From a virus (Duplodnaviria; Caudoviricetes), in the IMG/VR virus record IMGVR_UViG_3300036785_000282, positions 1 to 50,776 of that record: a stretch of 50,776 nt of DNA; one strand, written 5' to 3'. How positions within the stretch are numbered: position 1 is the first letter of the stretch; the number at the start of each line of letters is the position of its first letter. Under the pieces are notes generated by a model that was not told the origin of the DNA, did no database searches, and worked only from the letters and a program-made list of their open reading frames with translations. The position numbers were made by a program, and so were the translations under genes. Shown one piece after another: positions 46,993 through 50,776 of this stretch.

Positions 46993-47192
46993 AAACAACA
47001 GATCAATGTAAAGGTTTGTTTGGTTTATTATTCGGTCACCGGTTTGAACCGATCGTTACCCGTGATGCGCCAACAAATTCAATCGATATCAAAGGTAGTT
47101 TAACCGGTGATAATTTTGTTAAAATGGTGAATCAATTACGTAAAGAAAACTACTGTGGTATTTATTGCACTCGTTGTGGTACTAAGTTATGA
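46989..47192 (+). CDS. hypothetical protein with C..H..CxxC
   Basis: ORF track. Confidence 0.75.
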   Translation: MKTTDQCKGLFGLLFGHRFEPIVTRDAPTNSIDIKGSLTGDNFVKMVNQLRKENYCGIYCTRCGTKL

Positions 47193-47350
47193 AATCAATA
47201 TTATTCCTTGCGTTATTCTTATTATCTTATACGATGTTTGCAACATCTTTTACCCGTTATCTAGAACACCGTGATTTATTCGATGTAGGTTACAAGTTCA
47301 TGTTAACGTTTATTTTCGGCATACTGTTCTTTATGGCTAAGGAAAAATAA
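47189..47350 (+). CDS. 53-aa two-TM membrane protein (MKSILFLALFLLSYTMF...)
   Basis: Manual translation; fills the gap exactly with an ATGA overlap. Confidence 0.65.
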   Translation: MKSILFLALFLLSYTMFATSFTRYLEHRDLFDVGYKFMLTFIFGILFFMAKEK

Positions 47351-47749
47351 ATGATTAAGTATCATTGTCAAAACTGCGGGAAAGAATACGCATCTGGTTT
47401 ATCTAAATCAATGTGTGAGGCACAGCATATTTTAAGTAAGTCAACCGATCCTAAATTCGCGCTGTTAATGAAAGCTGCTAGAAATTTAGATTACATTGAT
47501 TGTTATCATGGTGACAAATTCTACAATGGGTGTACGGATTTACCATGGAACCCGTTAGACAGTGACGCAGATGCTTTTCAATTAATGACAGAATTGGGAA
47601 TTAGTTTATTCTTTGGCTCACGTGGTTCTGTTCTGACTATCACCACAATTCTAGATGGCCGACGCCGTAAGACTGAATTCAGATGTGGTGAAGATGAACC
47701 GGCAATTGTTCGGCACGCCATTGTAAGAGCTGCTGCGGGGGTAGATTGA
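47351..47749 (+). CDS. hypothetical protein (N-terminal Zn finger; WNPL..DADAF.L motif)
   Basis: ORF track. Confidence 0.75.
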   Translation: MIKYHCQNCGKEYASGLSKSMCEAQHILSKSTDPKFALLMKAARNLDYIDCYHGDKFYNGCTDLPWNPLDSDADAFQLMTELGISLFFGSRGSVLTITTILDGRRRKTEFRCGEDEPAIVRHAIVRAAAGVD

Positions 47750-47974
47750 ATGAATGTTTATATCGTGATGTGTGATGAAAACATGTTAAGTTCGCCGGGC
47801 ACTGTTCCAGTGATTGAGGCAATATTTTTATCTTATGAAAAAGCACAAAAATATATTGATGATAAAAACATTGTCGCTAAGCGGTTAAGTTTCGGTAAAG
47901 AAAATGAATACGATCCTGATTATTACCCTTTCCCTTATTCTATTGAAGAACACGAGGTGATGGATGAAGATTAA
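47750..47974 (+). CDS. hypothetical protein
   Basis: ORF track. Confidence 0.7.
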   Translation: MNVYIVMCDENMLSSPGTVPVIEAIFLSYEKAQKYIDDKNIVAKRLSFGKENEYDPDYYPFPYSIEEHEVMDED

Positions 47975-48359
47975 ACCCGGAACAATATTTTATGGTTGCT
48001 ATCCATATACCGATGAAAATGGCAAAGTAGAAATCACGGTTGATGAGTGGGTAGTTCGATCCATTCGTAAGAAACGCAACAGTCAAACACGTTACGGTAT
48101 TCCGTTAGCTTATCCAGATACGCAGGACTATGTTAATTTGGTTCAAAAATATGACGGGTTAACATGGTCAAAAACAGGGTGGTTGAAAAACATTTCGCCG
48201 ATGTTTAGGCGTCAATTTGTATTAGGTGGTGACTTACCTCACGACTTGTTTACTACACCATTGCAGGCTTTGAAGTATGCCGAGAAAATAGCTGACACAC
48301 CCGGTGAATTGAAAGCTGTACGAACCCGAATAACTAAGTTAAGGAACAGTAAGAAATGA
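47964..48359 (+). CDS. hypothetical protein
   Basis: ORF track; GAGG RBS. Confidence 0.75.
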   Translation: MKIKPGTIFYGCYPYTDENGKVEITVDEWVVRSIRKKRNSQTRYGIPLAYPDTQDYVNLVQKYDGLTWSKTGWLKNISPMFRRQFVLGGDLPHDLFTTPLQALKYAEKIADTPGELKAVRTRITKLRNSKK

Positions 48360-48661
48360 ACATCCTAAATTTCTTTCGCAGGAAACCAAAACGCGAACCG
48401 GTAATTCACGATTACACTAAAATGTTTTGGGGTCATTGTTTGCATGGCCTAAATGCGTTCCATATAGCAAAATGCTTTAACGTAACTGGTCATGGTCCTA
48501 TTGGTATGCCATGGAAACCTTGTATTCAGGTTGGTGATTTTATTGTAATCAATTCACAGGAAGGCCCGATGATGCGGCTAAAAGTAAAAAAGATTAAGTA
48601 TTTTAGAGATCCATCAGATATGTTTTCCGCAACTCTCAAATATGACGGGATAGAAAAATGA
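48356..48661 (+). CDS. hypothetical protein
   Basis: ORF track. Confidence 0.75.
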   Translation: MNILNFFRRKPKREPVIHDYTKMFWGHCLHGLNAFHIAKCFNVTGHGPIGMPWKPCIQVGDFIVINSQEGPMMRLKVKKIKYFRDPSDMFSATLKYDGIEK

Positions 48662-49017
48662 AAGCGATATCAATCAAACAGCCGTGGGCGTGGTTAATCG
48701 TGAATGGTTATAAAGATATTGAGAACAGGACGTGGCGAACTAAACACCGTGGTGAAATAATGATCCATACCGGCAAAGGTTTAGATATGGCGGAATATCA
48801 TCGGGCCAAAGAATTATGCGATAAGTTAGGCATCGAATTACCGGCACCATTCGACCTACCAACGGGCGGTTATGTTGGCAAATGTCACATAGTCGATGTG
48901 GTTACGTCCACTTGTTCGCCGTGGTTCTTTGGCCCCGTTGGTTTCGTTTTAAAATACCCTTCTACGATCTACTTTCAACCCGCCTGCGGTAAATTAAACG
49001 TTTATAATATTTCTTGA
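48658..49017 (+). CDS. ASCH domain protein
   Basis: KAISIKQPWAWLIVNGYKDIENRTW.T.HRG signature. Confidence 0.9.
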   Translation: MKAISIKQPWAWLIVNGYKDIENRTWRTKHRGEIMIHTGKGLDMAEYHRAKELCDKLGIELPAPFDLPTGGYVGKCHIVDVVTSTCSPWFFGPVGFVLKYPSTIYFQPACGKLNVYNIS

Positions 49018-49041
49018 CGTGTTGCACCAGTGTGTTATCCT
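49006..49041 (+). promoter_or_regulatory. early-class promoter
   Basis: TTC-TTGACG-TGTTGCACCAG..TATCCT. Confidence 0.75.
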
Positions 49042-49078
49042 TACCGCATCGAAACAATAAACGGTAAGGATAATTATC

Positions 49079-49462
49079 ATGGGCAAGAGCAAATTAGAAC
49101 AACTCATTCAATCTTTCGGCTTAGTTATCCAAACTATGACGTGCGTTCGTAGTTCTAAAAACCTTGATAAAGTAGCGTTTGTTGTCGTTACTGAATGCGG
49201 CAAGGTATTTACCATCGAAAACAATTTAGAACAAGCTGTAGCCATTCTGGAAACTTTCGCACCGATCCAAACCCGTTACGCGGCATTTGTTTATTTCAAC
49301 AAAGGTGTAAAAAAGCCGGGTCATTATTTCGTAGCTTTCATTTCCAATATGGTCTCGGCTTATGCCAAATTCAAAGGTTTGGACACTTCCCCAGTTGGTG
49401 GGCCATATCTTGACCAAGATGATCATTGTTTGTTGTCTAAATTTATCTGGCAAAAGGTTTAA
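49079..49462 (+). CDS. hypothetical protein
   Basis: AAGGA RBS after the promoter. Confidence 0.75.
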   Translation: MGKSKLEQLIQSFGLVIQTMTCVRSSKNLDKVAFVVVTECGKVFTIENNLEQAVAILETFAPIQTRYAAFVYFNKGVKKPGHYFVAFISNMVSAYAKFKGLDTSPVGGPYLDQDDHCLLSKFIWQKV

Positions 49463-49498
49463 ATAATTCTTGACGTGTTGCACCAGATCGGTTATCTT
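49462..49498 (+). promoter_or_regulatory. early-class promoter
   Basis: AATAATTC-TTGACG-17-TATCTT. Confidence 0.8.
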
Positions 49499-49641
49499 TA
49501 CTTCAAGCCCGGAGCAGGGTTAGCTAAAACGTAACACGGATAGCGACAAAGGCGGAAAACCCAAAAAGATAGGTAGTTGCAAGCGTAGGCCGAAGCAACG
49601 AAACCCGCCATACACCATACAAAGTTAAGCAGGGGGTTACA

Positions 49642-49824
49642 ATGATGAGCAAATCCTACGAATATGGTCAAACAGACTTTGCACGCGGAATGACTATTAA
49701 ACAAAACCCCTATCGTGGGACTGACCCACGGGCTAAAGAATGGGCACGAGGTTTTATTAGGGCAAGTCTTGAATGGGATGCAGAACAGAAAAATAAAACC
49801 ACAACGGTTAATAATAATTCTTGA
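49642..49824 (+). CDS. hypothetical protein (Y..G..NPY..W.RG motif)
   Basis: AGGGGG RBS; ORF track. Confidence 0.7.
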   Translation: MMSKSYEYGQTDFARGMTIKQNPYRGTDPRAKEWARGFIRASLEWDAEQKNKTTTVNNNS

Positions 49825-49895
49825 CATGTTGCACCAGACCGGTTATCTTTACCACATCGAAACGAAACAGATAAAAGGAAACAAAATTATGAAAA
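49813..49895 (+). repeat. 83-bp promoter-leader-RBS cassette (copy of 1715-1797)
   Basis: TTGACA-17-TATCTT through AAGGAAACAAAATTATG. Confidence 0.9.
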
Positions 49896-50011
49896 CTTAC
49901 AACATCATCGAAAATGGCAAAGTGATCCACACCGGTAGCGACCTGAAAAAAGTTCAAGAATGGGCATTCATTTTAACAAACAGTCAAGGCCGTAAGGTTG
50001 AGGTGAAATAA
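49889..50011 (+). CDS. 40-aa hypothetical protein (MKTYNIIENGK...)
   Basis: True start at ATG 49889 after the cassette RBS. Confidence 0.7.
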   Translation: MKTYNIIENGKVIHTGSDLKKVQEWAFILTNSQGRKVEVK

Positions 50012-50200
50012 ATGAAAATTATCGCTAAATCAGTAGTAGAAGATCAGTTAGACGTAATTTTATCAGCCAGACCAACAGCTACTGACAAAATCGAATACAC
50101 AGTGACTTTCGGCAGCGTGTATGAAACTTTTAACAAAGCTGATGCGGTGTTTCATTACATCGCCAACGTTGAAATGCAATGTTCACTTCTCTGTGACTAA
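50012..50200 (+). CDS. hypothetical protein
   Basis: GAGG RBS; ORF track. Confidence 0.7.
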   Translation: MKIIAKSVVEDQLDVILSARPTATDKIEYTVTFGSVYETFNKADAVFHYIANVEMQCSLLCD

Positions 50201-50212
50201 AATCATCGCTGT

Positions 50213-50232
50213 ACGCCCCTGTGCGGGGCGCT
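50213..50232. terminator. hairpin between convergent genes
   Basis: CGCCCC-TGTGC-GGGGCG. Confidence 0.55.
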
Positions 50233-50233
50233 A

Positions 50234-50776
50234 TCATTTCTTCTGACCGGTAAGCATCTTGGTATACATGATCGCTACATCTTCCGGTGTGGCACTTTCT
50301 GGCAGCTGTGCCGCTACTTGTCCCAACACACCAGATAGTTCGATACGCTCAATCGCATTACCTACCAGTTTATCCAGCTGTTGCCGGGCGGTGTTACGCG
50401 CTTTGGCGTCATACAAATCTTGCTCGATGACCAGCCAACCACCTTCCCATGGTAAATAACCCTCAACATAACTTTGATACCGATCTGGTATATCTCGCAT
50501 CGACTTAACCCACAGACGAACGCCCGACGCTTGACGCTCGTTATCAGGGGTATATTCAATTAGCTGACAATAAGGCTGCAACAGTTCTTTGGCTGGTAAT
50601 GAACGGGTACGCCAATACTCGACGCTGGAGTCAAAAGATTCCCCCACCATCTCCATCGCATTAGCACCCATCGCACCAAGATAGTTTAATACCCGATCGG
50701 TATGTAATAAACGCCATGCCGTAGTTGCTGCTGCTTTTTCATCTTGGTGACCCGGATAAGCTTCTAATACACATTT
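50234..50776 (-). CDS. terS: terminase small subunit, 5' end missing
   Basis: Frame open to the window end: KCVLEAYPG..AATTAWRLL..RVLNYL; also LYDAK..ARQQL, typical of TerS. Confidence 0.75.
   Translation of the reverse strand, partial: KCVLEAYPGHQDEKAAATTAWRLLHTDRVLNYLGAMGANAMEMVGESFDSSVEYWRTRSLPAKELLQPYCQLIEYTPDNERQASGVRLWVKSMRDIPDRYQSYVEGYLPWEGGWLVIEQDLYDAKARNTARQQLDKLVGNAIERIELSGVLGQVAAQLPESATPEDVAIMYTKMLTGQKK

Noticed and set aside
2818-50559. Many 60-130 aa antisense ORFs inside long genes (e.g. 2818, 26502, 32958, 43399, 45662)
   Set aside because: No RBS or motifs; they are shadows of well-supported genes on the other strand.
1-50776. Window as a complete circular genome or one with terminal repeats
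   Set aside because: The left end breaks a SLOG gene and the right end breaks terS; joining them gives a stop codon, so sequence is missing.

Overview
The window is nearly a whole (~51 kb) tailed-phage genome of siphovirus type. It is probably virulent, since I see no integrase or immunity module, and probably infects an enterobacterium (spanins, SAR endolysin, sigma70 promoters, tailspike). It is cut inside a SLOG/YspA-like gene at the left edge and inside the small terminase at the right edge, and the two ends do not join in frame. Modules are: replication (Prim-Pol/SF3 primase-helicase, SF2 helicase, VRR-NUC, DEDD exonuclease, Cas4-like nuclease, SSB, family B polymerase, candidate iteron origin), lysis, tail and head, two tRNAs, and many small early genes. 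The early genes lie in opposite-strand islands that split the packaging/head genes. The most unusual part is a ~1 kb non-coding block (29.56-30.56 kb) between the capsid and neck genes. It has its own promoter, a hammerhead-like ribozyme, three long stems each enclosing a different RNA segment, a repeated small hairpin motif, tRNA-Ile2/Met(CAT), tRNA-Leu(TAA) and a separately promoted ~155-nt sRNA. Also notable: a Gly-zipper/coiled-coil/Q-N-rich gene pair, a small alarmone hydrolase, a divergent PAPS-reductase-like enzyme, a shared promoter/operator motif, and apparent CCWGG avoidance. All calls come from reading motifs by eye; no database searches were run.
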